The notes under the pieces are model-generated. The model made no database searches. It was not told the origin of the DNA and was given only the letters and a program-made list of their open reading frames with translations. Shown here one piece after another: positions 34,621-48,486 of a stretch of DNA of 64,000 nt. Each line of letters starts with the position of its first letter. Position 1 is the first letter of the stretch. This stretch comes from Ptychodera flava (Eukaryota): contig NW_027248355.1 of the NCBI RefSeq assembly GCF_041260155.1, positions 2,516,078 to 2,580,077 on the forward strand, in the 5' to 3' direction. The translations under genes were made by a program, and so were the position numbers.

Positions 34621-35939
34621 CCATTTTAGGTCACGCCATCCTGAAATGAGCTATCAAGATCTCAACCATCTTCATCAATACATATGTCACAAAAAGTTGC
34701 TCTCTACATAACACAGCAGAGCTCTGTCGACTATTGGGTCGCTTGTTTTTTCCAAACTGCTGGTCAGACAGCTTTAATATTTGGTTAACAGGTCCCTAGG
34801 ATGACCTTAGTGAGATGATTTCATACAGTCAGGAAATACTTAATTTTGTATCCATGTCTATAGTAGCTTCAGGGACATTGGCCCTATGTTTAAGATAATG
34901 TTGTGATTCAGTAAGCATTTGAAATGGTAAACTGTATTTGGTGTTGAAATGCGGTAAAAAATAATGAGAAAACATAGCTGAGGTGATTTTAGCAGGTTTG
35001 GTTTCCAACAAATATATTCAAAGTTTTTTCAATGTTAAAGAGTGATGGAGGGGGGGGGGGTCCTGGCAGATTTTGAAAAAAATCCAAACAAATGTCAATA
35101 AAAAAATCAGCCACAGAAGGTTTGTCAAAAAGAAAAGGTGGGATAGTGGGAAAAAAAGAATGTACAGTGTATCGGATAAAAAAGATGTTCCTCATCAATC
35201 TTCCAGACAACCCCCTTTTATCAAATGGTACACCCCTGATGTATTTTTGTGTGCCATTAAACATGCAGTGTATTTTAGTTTAAGATGTCAATCAAGTTAG
35301 GTAAGGATTTGAAAGGAATAGTCAAGTTCACCACAGTTTAACTTTATCTCTTGTGTCATCATCCTTGTGTATTGGTTAAGTTTGTAAGTTGCTCCAGATG
35401 TGGATATACCAGCTGTTCTGGAAGAAAACAATGTTTACTTTTCCCTATAGGGTTTCTGTGTTAATGATTGCATGTTGAAATCTCTCCATGTATCTGGTGC
35501 ATGGGCAAAATGTAAATATTGGTTGCATGTTATGTATTTCAGTCTATGTCAAATATTGTAAATGAAAAATCAAGAACAGTTTGCTGTGTGCTTGTAAAAG
35601 ATAACATGTATGTCAATTAAATTATATAAAATAATTAAATATTAAATATTAAATTAAATTATGTCAATTAAATATTAAAAACTGCCTTGCAGTTTGATTG
35701 TCTTAAAAATTATCACAGAAGTAGAAAATGAAAAGAAACTAATCAAATTGCTGTAACATGTTCACCCTCAGTGTCTGTAGGCCTATACTTAACTATTTTA
35801 TCATTACATTCAGCTTTTTGTTATATCTTTATCACTCTCCATGGGCCAAGGCACACTTGGGGTCAATGTCATCACTCTGTGCCAGTCTGTGAATGTCAGT
35901 CTGTCTGTATTTAGGCCCATGTTTCATACAATTGGTGGT

Positions 35940-36190
35940 TTGTTTTGATAATATATTTGGTATATAGGGATAACCTAGCAATACAATTTTTTTGACAAAA
36001 TGTGACATGACTTCGGTGACCTTTGACCTCAAATATACATATTTGTCCATAACTCAGTAACCACAAGTGCTACACCCTTCATGTATAGTATGATGGGACA
36101 CCTTATGATGCCACATATTGTACCTCATTAATTATGTGCATATCTAATTTTGAGCAAGCCAATAGAGCCAGAGGTCTGATTTTTAGCTAC
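35940..36190. repeat. One unit of the ~230-bp repeat family (see 37470–38170)
   Basis: ggtatatagggataacctagcaatacaattttttt gacaaaatgtgacatgacttcggtgacctttgacctcaaatatacatatttgtccataactcagtaaccacaagtgctacacccttc... Confidence 0.6.
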
Positions 36191-36251
36191 TATAGACTAT
36201 AGTCTATAGAAGCTATTGGGATGGGTATCCGTCCGGCGTCCGTCGTCAGTC

Positions 36252-36302
36252 TGTATGTATGTATGTATGTATGTATGTATGTATGTATGTATGTATGTAT
36301 GT
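36252..36302. repeat. (GTAT)n microsatellite
   Basis: Visible run. Confidence 0.9.
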
Positions 36303-37469
36303 CCGTTTGTGAGGCGTCCGTCCACTCAAATATCTTGAGAACCGCAGTACTTACTGATTTGATATTTGTTGTGTAGATGAAAAATACGATTTTGAGAAAC
36401 TATTTTTTTTAATTTTTTGATATTGTTGAAAATAGGCAAATTAATGCCAAAAAAAGTGTTTTTGGTAAAAAATCTTCTTCATAACCGCTGGTCAGACAGC
36501 TTTGTTATTTGGTATACAGGTCCCTAGGGGTAACCCAACTTAGACTTGTTCAAATTGTGATGAAATATGCAAATCTGTATTTTTAAGGAATTTTTTTGTC
36601 ATTTTTGGTCAAAATTTGACTTACATTGTATGTAATTCTTGTACTGTGTAAACCCTATCAATTCACCCAGAAAAAAATAATTAATATGATTTTAAATAAT
36701 TGAATTAATTAGGAAATCATCAAAGCCAAAATAATTTTAGTGTAGAATTATCAGAAAGTTCAACTTTTTTTGACAGTTCATAGTGAAATGCTTACCATCT
36801 TGGAGGATTAAAACATGTAAAGGCAACTTTCCTGAATCCCAACTTTGACATATTCTGAACCGTCATTTATTGTGCCCTGTATGTTATCTAAAAGAAATTG
36901 CTCAAAATAGTCAATAGAGATAGAGATAGAGATAGAGAAAGTTCTAATTTCCATTTATGGTTGACTTGGTAAGGATAAAATAAAATTACTTTTTGAGGAA
37001 AAAAATAGAGTGGTCAATTAAAAGAGTGGTCAAAGTGATAGGGTTTTTATGGTAAAGCTGGGCTGTATAAAGATTCCTCATGTGCTATTTATAGCAATTA
37101 TGCAATCTGTGTAAACAGTGCAATGAAAGTGTAACATGATTCCTTATAATGCTTTTGATGACCTTGAACTTCTTAAGTTTCAAACCTTTGTCTCTTCAGT
37201 GTGCTTTCTCTGAGTATGTACAGTCTCACAGAACTCACAATGTTAATCAAAGATATCCACCTTCTTCATCAATACATGTGTCACAAAAGGTTATTCTCTA
37301 CATAACTCAACAGAGCTCTGTCAACTGTTGAGTTGCTTGTTCTTTCAAAACCGCTGGTCAGACAGCTTTAATATTTGGTTTACATGTCCCTAGGATGACC
37401 TTAGTGAGATAATTTCATACAGTAAGGAAATACTTAATTTTGTATCCATGTCTATAGTAGCTTCAGGGA

Positions 37470-38170
37470 CTTTGGCCCTATGTTTGATATATAGGGATAA
37501 CTATAGGAGAGAATTTTTTTTGACAAATGTAATGTGACCTCGGTGACCTTTGACCTCAAATATACATATTTGTCCATAACTCAGTAACCACAAGTGCTAC
37601 ACCCTTCATATCTGGTATGATTGGACACCTTATGATGCCACATATTGTAGCTCATTAATTATGCACATATCTCATTCTGAGCAAGCCAATAGAGCTGGAT
37701 GTCTGATTTTTGGTATATAGGGATAACTATAGAAGAGAAATTTTTTGACCAAATGTCATGTGACCTTGATGACCTTTTACCTAAAATATATGTTTATGTC
37801 AATAAATAAGTAACTACAAGTGCTATGTCCTTTGTATTTAGTAGGATGGGAGACCTTATGACAACACATGCTTTACCTCATTAATTTTGCACACATCTAA
37901 TTCTGGGCAAGTGAATAGAGCTAGAGGTCTGATTTTTTGGCATATAGGGATTAATTAGCAATATAATTTTTTTTTCAAAATGTCATGTAACCTCAATGAC
38001 CTTTGACCTTGATTATACATATATATGCATATCTCAGTAATCACAAGTTCTATACCCTTCAATTTTGATACGATATTAGACCTTAATATGTCACATCTTG
38101 TACCTCATTTATTATGCGCATATGTATTTCTTGGCGTGCCAATACTGCTAGAGGTCTGATCTTTTTTTCC
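37470..38170. repeat. Tandem array of three ~230-bp units (ggtatatagggataact...gagcaagccaatagagc.ggaggtctgattttt)
   Basis: Units begin at ~37470, ~37700 and ~37930. The same unit occurs at 35940–36190. Confidence 0.7.
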
Positions 38171-38963
38171 CGATTTAGAACCATAACTTAACATGCCTCA
38201 TGTGTTTCAAATTGGGAACAACGACATAGACCTATTTGCCCATAGATCTCAACATATACACTCCAGTGATACTTCTTAATGACCACATTTCCCTGCCCCA
38301 TCAAGACTAATACTCCTATTACAAGTGGGGACTGTCATTGTCAATGACTTGTTTAGTTAATGGTTGTATCACAGTATACGATATTTCTAATTCTGTATTT
38401 TTTCCATGTTATATTCTGAATAAATACATTAAACATATTTCACTGTCTCCAGTACATTACATTTAAGTATTTTCACTTCATGCACTTTATCCCTTTCACA
38501 CATGTTCAAATATCTGACCAGAGAACAAACACTAAATAGTCCAGGATGGGAGCTACAGTGTCATTGACGCTATTTTTCATTTCTCAGTATTTTGCTTTCA
38601 GTTTAATTCAAAGTTGTGAAAAATACAGATTCCTCAATTTTTTCTGATAATTAAGCCTTTGCCTATTTAGGCTAGTGCTGTATATACACTTAGAATGGCA
38701 TCAAATTTTGAGTGTAAGTTGTTGGATTTTTCACAAAGAGGAAAGTTGTGTCATTTATTCCTTTCGCTTGTGTGTATGATTTCAAAGTGAAGAAAAATAA
38801 TTATAATTTGAAACACTAATACAGTATAAAAGAAAATGGCCTTGAGTACTTTCTAAAATTTAAAATAAATTGCCCTTTCCCTGAAATGAAAAATGTTGAG
38901 CAATACAAGATTTGCTGTCATCATTTCAGTGTTGTCATTGATTTGTATCATTTGGTGTATCAG

Positions 38964-39095
38964 ATGATGATGGTATGGAACGTGTCGTACAGTGATCTAG
39001 AAGGCCAGTCTGAGATTGCACCAGCCAGGACACTCCATGCATGTCATCAAGATTGGATCAATGACTGTGCATGGTCTGATATAGGAGATGTGGTG
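38964..39095 (+). CDS. WD40 exon
   Basis: The acceptor gtgtatcag|atg (AG 38962–63) is the only one in phase 0. Donor gtg|gtaagt. MMMVWNVSYSDLEGQSEIAPARTLHACHQDWINDCAWSDIGDVV. Confidence 0.55.
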
Positions 39096-39644
39096 GTAAG
39101 TTAATGTTATCCAATGCCATTCAATGACTATGTGGTCTGTGTAGGAGGTGAGGCGGAGTGATAGTGTTGTGTAATGTCTTTCCATATAGTGATGTGGATG
39201 TCTTTCAATGTCATTCAATGAATGGAAAGTGTGGAAATTGAAATGTAAAAAACCATGATGATCATTTGTTGAATTGTCAGTGTAAGTTGATGAATGTCAA
39301 ATGTGAAATGAAAGGATGTTTTATGAATACTTGCTGATGTTTTACATAATTCTACATGTTAATTATTATTAAAATATACAACATATCAATGCAAAGCTGT
39401 AACCCACAATTTTCAGATCATCTTACTGTAAAAAGTCAGTCAACTTCAGTATTGTGTAAACTCTATGGGTGACAGCTATTATAATAACTTTACTGTTCAG
39501 CAAGTGTGCTTTGATGATGTTGAATAAAACATATTGACATAAACTACCAGTAATGATTGTCCCGGTGTTAGATGTTGATTTACTGACAGGCAGGAGGCAA
39601 GATTTTGTGACATTGATGATTTGGTCTTTGTGATTATCTGATAG

Positions 39645-39752
39645 GTGACTGCCTCTAATGACTTCACCTTGAAAGTGTGGGACATGGTCAGTGGAAAGGA
39701 AAAACTAAAACTAGTTGGACACACCAGTGCTATCAACTCAGTAGCCTTTAAG
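39645..39752 (+). CDS. WD40 exon
   Basis: gatag|gtg...aag|gtaagg; VTASNDFTLKVWDMVSGKEKLKLVGHTSAINSVAFK. Confidence 0.7.
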
Positions 39753-40237
39753 GTAAGGTTTCACCTCAGTTCTTGCACCCCCATTTCTTAATATGTAGTT
39801 TCATCCACGCTATTCAAGATATTGGAACGTACCAAATTTCGTTTGGTTATGGAAAGTTTCAAAGGAGCTTGGGAATTTTTAACATAACAGACTGTAGATT
39901 TGTGAAGGCCTGGTATACAAATGTTATTAGTGAATTTTGACATGCATTGAGACCCACAATTTGAGAATGGTTAGTCTGAGACCTGTACATGAGAAAAGTA
40001 CCTTGAGTCTAGATTGCAAGAAACTTATATGAGACTTGTGTTCGACCGGGATACGCAAATATGACTGATGGCACTGTGCACCTGATGAAGGCACTTCAAT
40101 CATCATTGTATCTATATAACCCAGGAGCCACGGATATACCTTGTTGTGTACTTCGGCTCCTGGCTGCCTGATGACAGAAAATAAAGAATTTAGTGATGAG
40201 TGGTACATTATGTAGCGTTTTATTTCATTCTGTACAG

Positions 40238-40376
40238 CATGGTTGTATAGTATCGGCCTGTTATGACGGTACAGCTAAAGTGTGGTCTCACAAAGGAGCT
40301 GAGATCACCACACTGTCCGGACACAAAGACAGAGTCAACGGCTGTGATATATTTGTCACAACACAAGAAAACAAAG
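40238..40376 (+). CDS. WD40 exon
   Basis: tgtacag|cat...aaa g|gtaagc; HGCIVSACYDGTAKVWSHKGAEITTLSGHKDRVNGCDIFVTTQENK. Confidence 0.65.
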
Positions 40377-41175
40377 GTAAGCATTGCTGTTGTGATTCGC
40401 TCTCTTCATGAACACTAAGTTAAATAACTGTTTGTTGCCTCTGGTGTTGGTTACTTGTTTCCTACAGTTAGGACAAAGCTGAGTCAGAGTCTTGCTGGTT
40501 CTACTCTACACCATGTAAACACATAGTGTGCAAGACTTTACTGGCCCTCTTCTACTGAGTTCGTCTCAATTACAATACAAATTAGGTGCCACTGAGCAAA
40601 TATTGGTGTCAGAGAAACACATAAGCTAAAATTTACTGACATTTAAAATTCAACTGCTAGGTATTCCTATGTTAACCCTTTGGGGAAAAATATCAAATTT
40701 TGACTTTTTTTGCAAAAAAGAAGTCGAAAACATCATTTGCTCAACAAGTTTTCAGAGTGAGTCAATACACGCACTGACTTGAAAGGTGGTGTAAAAACGA
40801 ATTTGAAAAACTGTCTTTGAAGTGTATTTGACATTAAAGAATGACCACAGGGTCAAATTCTCAAGACAATAAAACATTTTGTGATGTATTTTATCTCAAT
40901 AAAGACACATTACCTTACGAAACACTGTGGAGGGCAATTAAAGGCCGGTGACTAGATCCCAGGGATCAAGTTTGCTGTAGTCAGTCTGAGAATTATGGAG
41001 GTGTCATAGCCTTTCGCTTTCCATTGAAAATTGTAATCTAATAAGTATATTTCCTGGCAAGACAATCTGACGCCTGATATAGGCCTTTCAAATTGCCTGC
41101 CAAATACACATATCACAGACATTCAACACAATTTTGACAAACTGACAAATTTGTCATTATGACATCTGTACACAG

Positions 41176-41333
41176 TGACAGACAATGCAGAAGATGATAG
41201 CTGGGCTGCTGTTGTTGAAGAGGAAGAACAGAAAACAGATGAAGACAAAGGAAGAAAGAATGTCAATCTGGATGATGTTGTCGTGGCAACAGCAAGTGAT
41301 GATGGAACAGTGAAGATATGGAAACCATTAGTT
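41176..41333 (+). CDS. WD40 exon
   Basis: cacag|tg...gtt|gtgagt; VTDNAEDDSWAAVVEEEEQKTDEDKGRKNVNLDDVVVATASDDGTVKIWKPLV. Confidence 0.6.
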
Positions 41334-41551
41334 GTGAGTCAACGTTTCAGTTATATTCTTGAATAAATTGATTTTTCATAACCACAACAAGGACATAATT
41401 TTGTGAACCATAAGGTCATAGGGAGAAATCGCAAGAAAGCCATGTGATTTTGAGAGAAAATTCAGCTCTGATGAAATTGAAATCAGGTATACATGTAAAC
41501 GGTGTAAATTTCAGATGTATCTCAATTTACTTATTATTTCTGTTTTCACAG

Positions 41552-41674
41552 GGTAATGAAATAACATCTTTAACAGGTCATTCTGACAGGGTGCTGGGTG
41601 TTGCCATGACAACAGATGGTAACCAAATCATCACCACATCAATGGATAAAAGCATCAAACTCTGGTCACCAAAC
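41552..41674 (+). CDS. WD40 exon
   Basis: ttcacag|ggt...aac|gtaagt; GNEITSLTGHSDRVLGVAMTTDGNQIITTSMDKSIKLWSPN. Confidence 0.7.
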
Positions 41675-41887
41675 GTAAGTCAAAGACTTGCCATCTATTC
41701 TACTGGCAAAACTATCACTTGAGACTGAAATTCCAGATGTTATATTAATTCATTTAGTTCATTTCTAGTTTTCACAAAGTTCAGTTTGTTTGGCTTGCAA
41801 CATCTCACCAACCAGTTTTTGAATTTTTGAAGCATTCTGAATATTGAATGCAATTTTTCTTACATTTATGCCATGTTTATATGGTAG

Positions 41888-41979
41888 TTGAAGACATCCA
41901 GTATATTTGCAAGTCACAATGCTGAAGTAACAAGTATGGCATATTCTCCAGATGGCAAAATGGTTGCATCTACCAGCAG
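41888..41979 (+). CDS. WD40 exon
   Basis: ggtag|ttg...agc ag|gtaaga; LKTSSIFASHNAEVTSMAYSPDGKMVASTS. Confidence 0.6.
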
Positions 41980-42039
41980 GTAAGAGATAGTGCATTATGT
42001 GAATAAATGTTACTTTGTCGTTCAATGTCTTTTGTTGCA

Positions 42040-42270
42040 GTTATTACACACCTCAAAACTGAAAGTTTTTAGCTTTAGCTCAAACTTCCCCCACCAAAAA
42101 TTAAAATCAGTTTCTTTCTCGATTAAATCAAGAATAAAATTTAAATTGACAACAAAAATCAAAAGTCTCAATGCAAAATTTAATACCAGAGAAACAAATA
42201 ACCTTAACTTTAGTACTAATATTTGAAGTTCAAAATTGTCTACTATCCCGGTCTTAACTCAATTGGAAAA
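42040..42270 (+). repeat. SINE-like repeat copy
   Basis: ...tagctcaaacttcccccaccaaaaattaaaatc...aatcaagaataaaatt...agagaaacaaataacc... Confidence 0.45.
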
Positions 42271-42632
42271 AAATACATTTTCAATTCACAAAAAACAAAA
42301 GAATGAAAATTTTATTTTCTCCATAAGCTACAAAATGAGCCAATATAGTCAGCAAACCATTAAAGTAATGAATAGATTTACTGAAACGCTATCCCGGAGG
42401 CATGTTTTTCCTCAAGTACACTGTAGGTCAGCTGTATGCGGTAATGTTTGAAGTAATCTGGGGAGTATTGACTCGTAATGATTTGAAATTTCATACAGTG
42501 TGCTACAATTTAGAAAAGTGTTCTCTTTTTTTGACCCACTATGTTAATACAGTGCAGTGAAATGCAGTGTACATAAAAATGTAGTGTTGTGCAAAAATTA
42601 TTAGAGCATGAGTGGTTATTTTTTTATTTCAG

Positions 42633-42714
42633 AGATGGTCAACTAGTAATCTGGCAGTTTTCAAAGACAGAAACTGGAACCACAGATGTTCCAGTTAAAA
42701 TGATTTCACAGAAA
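42633..42714 (+). CDS. WD40 exon
   Basis: tttcag|a...aaa|gtaaga; RDGQLVIWQFSKTETGTTDVPVKMISQK. Confidence 0.6.
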
Positions 42715-43339
42715 GTAAGAGTTTTATTACTGTCTCTGTTTAACATGTTAGATAATTTTATTCTCACAGACTTGATATTTTCCTTTCTAGATTAATCTAA
42801 GTCATTGTCAGTTTTATTCAGGTATATGTGAGAAATTTCTTCATGCATAGAAACTATCAGATGTTATCTAAGCAACTTCAGATTGAACAGTAACGGTTAA
42901 ATTGCAGTGTGATGTCAAGTGTGGTCTGTAAGTTGTATCTAACTTTAGATCACAGGTTTATGAATTTGTAGATGTTTGGTGTTTCTGTCTGTGATATGTC
43001 AAATTGACATGTTAGATGAACAAATGGAGCAGTTTATTTTTATTCATTTTTACCCATTACAAAAACAATAGTGGAGAAGATAAGTGAAGAAATATTTAAA
43101 ATGATGATACTATCATGAAAATTGGCATGTAGCTTCCTTTTAGGTTACTGTTTAAGAAAAAAATGTTCACCGTGCAAAAATCCAATATGGCAGCCATTTT
43201 CCAAGATGGCCGCCAATTAGCTTCCAGTGAAATGAAATTTGGCTACAACCTTGTGTTTTCAATGGTTAGAGTGGCCTATGTTCATGATAATATGGGTGAA
43301 CAGATTCAAGCTGCATGATACATTTTTTTCAAATTTTAG

Positions 43340-43473
43340 ATTTCAGATAAGTCTATCAACAGTGTGAATTTCCTGACACCATCCAAATTTGTCACTGGTG
43401 GAGATGAGGGCGCTGTAACAACATGGCAGATTGAGAAGTCGGATAATGCGGGACAGGCAGTGTGTCACATCAG
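43340..43473 (+). CDS. WD40 exon
   Basis: ttttag|att (AG 43338–39; the nearer tttcag would give a stop)...atc ag|gtaagt; ISDKSINSVNFLTPSKFVTGGDEGAVTTWQIEKSDNAGQAVCHI. Confidence 0.55.
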
Positions 43474-43609
43474 GTAAGTAAAGCCAGTTTGTAAAAGCTC
43501 ATTAAAAGAAGATGAAACAAAGAATGATAAGGTATATTCCTGAAGATAACTATCATTGATAATGAAATTGTATGCCTTGATAAATTTTATTTTAATGTCT
43601 TAATACCTT

Positions 43610-43970
43610 AAGGTAGTATGCACCTCGACAGCGAAAGACTTTAACTTTTGCTCAAACTTTCCTCAAAGAATGTTTCAACCATTCTCTTTCAAAATCAAGA
43701 ATAATAATCGGGGGTCACTGTGCAAATTTTGGAACAAGAGAAACAAATTACTCGAGATCTACTGATATTTGAAATTCCAAGTGGCCGCCATCCCTATGTT
43801 AACACTATGGAGAAAAAATAAAATTTTCGATTTTCAAAAAACTAAGCTGGTAAAAAGTTTTCTTACACCAAGAGCTTTAAAACGAACCCGCATAAGTGGT
43901 AGATCAGAAAAGAATTGAAAAAGTTTGAGAGTCCGAATATCTGTCCCCGAGGCGCGTTCTACCTTAAACA
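43610..43970 (+). repeat. SINE-like dispersed repeat copy, intronic
   Basis: Aligns with 57100–57480 and 21100–21470. Confidence 0.55.
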
Positions 43971-44842
43971 TCTTTGAAGAGGCTGTCCCGTATACATAAA
44001 TGGTACGTTCCACTGGCGGCCCTAGTGCAGCGGGAACACTTGAATACCGCAACAGACACCCTTCACATCTGCAACATTCAAGCAACATTCAGCCTCTTTC
44101 GGCCGAAGTTTCAGCTTCTTTTGGCCCAAAGACATTACGACACCCCCGTTTACGATTATTTTTTCCCTTCAAACTTATAAGTAACTGACAGACCAGTCAT
44201 ATTCATAAGCGTGACCTTTGCGTTCTGACCAGTATGACTTTTACAGTGCCATTTAGGCGCCGCTTTTCAAACTTTGACAGTGTCGGCGGCTATTGCTATT
44301 GAAAATGAATGAATCTCTTTTCTTACGGTTTTTTACCATGTTCTCACAACCTTTAAAGCACGTGAATGCTGACACTATACTTCTGATTGGTGTGAAGTGG
44401 TCTCATAATGTGTTCGAATACATAATGTAAACAATATGGCTGACTGGTAAAAATCTGATGTGATCTATTTGAGCAACTACTGCAAACATAACATCACCAT
44501 TGATAAAGATATTGTTGATCATTTACATAGCTTTTATTCCATGCTGTTTTGGTGTCAATAATTATTTTACTACTTTACCATTATGAAGTAAACTTTATCA
44601 CCTTTTTTCTCTTGAATTCTTCATTGTTTCTTTGAAAAATAATCGCAATCATACCAATCCATAATCCAATAACACTAGGTCAGAATTTGTAAGACAATAG
44701 TTGTAAACATTGACACAAAACAGCACAAAACAGATGCTTTGATGCAAATCATGGTGCACTATTTCTACAGACAAACTTTAAGTGATTTTCTCGCACAGTA
44801 AATGCACAACATTTATTGATTGTCTTCTGCTCTTTTTAACAG

Positions 44843-44986
44843 GGAAGTCAGCAAAATTGCTGTGCAAGATCCTATACTGAGTATTGCAGTGAATTCCTAC
44901 AGAAATGAACTAGCCATTGCTAGATGGAGTCCAATTGTATCTACCTACAGCACTGTCAATGGGAAACACATACGTGACTATAAGAG
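44843..44986 (+). CDS. WD40 exon
   Basis: tttaacag|g...aag ag|gtaatg; REVSKIAVQDPILSIAVNSYRNELAIARWSPIVSTYSTVNGKHIRDYK. Confidence 0.6.
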
Positions 44987-45699
44987 GTAATGAGTCTTAT
45001 TAATCTACTGTCTGCTGTGTATACAACCGCTTTATATATACTGTCACTATTCGTATAATTTTGAAAAATTAAAATGGAACCCTCAAAAACACAGGGTAGA
45101 GTTTGCCTAATGAAACAATCGGGTTTTCTTAGGGAGCCTTTGCATACCTTTGTAAAGCAACTGGACCCCTTAGGATCATATTGATGAGTAACATCATTCA
45201 TTGTGGGCCCAGGCATCTTCAGATTTGCAATTACATCCATGGTTCTACTCTGGAATAAAAAGTATGTGATGTGTTCTTCAGACTCAGTACGCTAAAATGA
45301 TCACATGATGGTGGTGCAAACAAACCCATGTTTACTTAGTGTACCTGGGCTTGTTTGTACTTTGGTGCTGTGAATTCCAGATTTAACCTTTGGCTATTGA
45401 TTGTAGAACAGCTTATGAAAAAATTCATCACTGTGTCTACACCAACTTTCATTACTTTATTCTGATCATCCTGTTCATTGTTGTGAAGGAGCACGTACAC
45501 TTAGAGAACTGCCCCATCACCTTAACCACCTATCAATATTTAAAAATGCCATCTTTGTGAAACATTATTCCAAACCAAGATACTACTTAGTGCAAATTAT
45601 TAAATTCTTTCTGTGTTTTCACAAAAAGACATGCTATAGATTTTCATTGAGAGATTTTGAAATTTTGAAATTAACTTTACAATCTTTTTCGTATTTCAG

Positions 45700-45793
45700 C
45701 AATTTGCCAGACTGGGTTGTCAAGGTGAAGTATGTATCAAACTTCTCAACTTTAGTTGCCACGGGAACCAATGGTACCATGGAATTATTCCAG
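45700..45793 (+). CDS. WD40 exon
   Basis: tatttcag|c...cag|gtaaag; SNLPDWVVKVKYVSNFSTLVATGTNGTMELFQ. Confidence 0.6.
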
Positions 45794-46369
45794 GTAAAGA
45801 AATTTCTTCTTTCACTTATGATGAAATTAATCCGAGGTATGAATTTTCTAACAATGGTATTCATTGTTTGTCTACACCACATGTTCTCCCCACAGTAATT
45901 GAAGCACAGTGGCTATTACTCTTTAATTGTAGTAAATTATTCAACATTACAATTAATGATATTGTTATGCAAAATAGTGTCTATGTAATCAGAAATCCCT
46001 GGGTAAAACACTGTATACCAATACAACAACCCTCATGCATGATCTAATATGGAAAATAAGAGAGCTAGTTAAAACCAATTTATTTTTCTCTGTTGAATTA
46101 ATAAACGGCAATGGTAGCCATCTTTAATTTCAAATATTTGTACATCTGACTCTGAGTGACTATTTTCTCTATTTTGAAGTTTTGTCACAGGCCGTTTTGA
46201 CCTAATTAAAAGGATGCCTAACCATCAGAATGTGTCTACATATTCCAAAATACAAAAGTTCAGATTTTCTTGAATTGAACCTCTCACCCCAATACAAGTT
46301 GTTCAATGACAGCGTGACAAAATTTCCAGAGTTTCTTGTCAATATGATTTTCATGCTCTATGTTTACAG

Positions 46370-46579
46370 AAAGCGGGTAATTTCAGCGTCAGGATGGACA
46401 AGACTGCAGACACTGAGAAACCAAGCTGGTTGCACAGCATTGAGTACCTCTCACTGACCAATGGTGAGCTGCGAGACATCTGTCAGGCTGAATATGGTAC
46501 AGCTATTATCATTGGTGACTCCAATGGATGCATCAGTGTATATCATGTTGAACAAAATAAAATATGTTATCACAAGAAG
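46370..46579 (+). CDS. WD40 exon
   Basis: tttacag|aaa...aag|gtatgt; KAGNFSVRMDKTADTEKPSWLHSIEYLSLTNGELRDICQAEYGTAIIIGDSNGCISVYHVEQNKICYHKK. Confidence 0.65.
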
Positions 46580-47259
46580 GTATGTTCTATGTATTATTAT
46601 CTTGTCAATCAAATTTAATTTATATATTATCAGACTGTGATATTTTTACTTCTATTGCATTAAAATATACTACATATTATTGATTTTAATAGAAGTGTGT
46701 ATCTCTAATAGTTTATCTCAGAGACATGTATTTTATTGACAGCATTGCATTGCATTTGTGTCTGGTTGAACCATATTGTCTTAAATAAAAAACACAGAAT
46801 CATTGTATCGTATTCATATTATAGGTAGTATGCACACCTTAAATACATTTTGCTCATTCTTTTTCATGGAAACTGTACTATCTTCAGTACAAAGAAAAGA
46901 ACTTGGATTATTGGGCAGTGTTTTGGATTAGAATATGTCATCCAAACTTTTAAGCAGTATGTCTATCCACTTTTTTTCTGTATGGCTCTGTACCGTATTT
47001 TAGTCACACATTTACATCAAATAGACTTTCTATGTCAAGTGCCTGTGTGAGATTCAACTGTTACATTGAAAAACAGACAGAATGTGAAGGTTTCATTGGT
47101 CACAAACAATTTACTAGAATCACAAGGTAAATAGACCTGGAATAAAATAATAACAAATGTGAACACTGCTGTTTTTTTATACATGATTGGAATACTAAAA
47201 TTGTCAACATATCGTCTTTTTTTTTCATAATTTTCATAATGGGCACTTTCCTTTTTCAG

Positions 47260-47364
47260 ATCCATGGTGACCACATCACAGATATCAAAGTAGCCAATGG
47301 GGTTATCCTGACAGCGTCACATGACAGGACTCTGAAAGTTTGGAGAAGCAGTGATTTCACACAG
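47260..47364 (+). CDS. WD40 exon
   Basis: tttttcag|atc...cag|gtaagc; IHGDHITDIKVANGVILTASHDRTLKVWRSSDFTQ. Confidence 0.7.
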
Positions 47365-48486
47365 GTAAGCCTGAATAACCTTTAACACCCCTTACCCTCC
47401 ACCGTCCATGTATTTTAGCCAAGTATAGCAGAGTTAAAAATGGGCTATACTAAATTATGGTAAAAGTAGGGGTGGAAGAGTGGAATGATGTAATCCATTT
47501 AATATTCTGACAACTTTCATCCCTGGCGTATAAGTGCAGAGTGTAAAATGTATCTTTCATAATGATGCTTATTTTTCCAAAATCGCCTTGTACCACCATG
47601 TGTTACAGTTGTTGGTCAAGATGGTCCAGTCTTACTTTATAAATATCATGATTCTTTATCTAGAACCTAGTAACTTTGTTAGTATTTATTCATTTGATTA
47701 TTTGACTTGGTTTCACATCATTCTGGCACTGCAATGGTTTTTGCACACATCAAGAACATCCGACCACATCTGCTGAGTAGTAATAATTACTTGTCCGAGG
47801 GTACCTGTCATGTTCAAGAAGTATACACATACTCCCTAAGATAATGTAAAATTGTATGGTACCTGTCATGTTCAAGAAGTATACACATACTCCCTAAGAT
47901 AATGTAAAATTGTATGGCTGTCTAGCTTGGGTCCAGTATCATTCAGTTTTGCCATTGCATTCTACAAATAAGACTGCAAATTGCAGTTACTTGATATACA
48001 GCTGTACTTTTTAGTCCCCATAGAGAAAGTCTGGTGGGACTTATAGATTTGGTCATGTCTGTGTGTGACCATCATTTTCAGTAATGGTCTCCAAGTTTAT
48101 TAATCAGTTGGGGACTCTGTCATTGACAATGACTTGTCTTAAAAATAATTCTTATACAAAGGCATAATACAAGCAAGCAAATACCAAGGGGAATGAAATT
48201 CCTAAAAATCTCAATGTAAAGCCTTTTTAGAGTGTAAGATATCAGTTCTGAACTCAAAGTCTTCTTCCTTTCATTGTGTCTGCCGCAGAGGCATGTTTGC
48301 AGATAGAATGTGTAAGTTTAATAACGATTCAAAATCAAGACTCAAAATAGACAAAAGGAAATTCATGAGATTTTTATGATTATCATTTTAGCATACATTC
48401 TAAATATATATTGAACGAAGAACAGCAATTCTCCCATGACAGCTCTATTGCGGATTACATGTATCATTTGTTTTATCTCTCCACAG

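Noticed and set aside
43340-43346. Nearer acceptor tttcag|ataag (AG 43345–46) for the WD40 exon
   Set aside because: It gives an immediate in-frame stop (…aca gtg tga). The upstream ttttag| (AG 43338–39) keeps phase 0.
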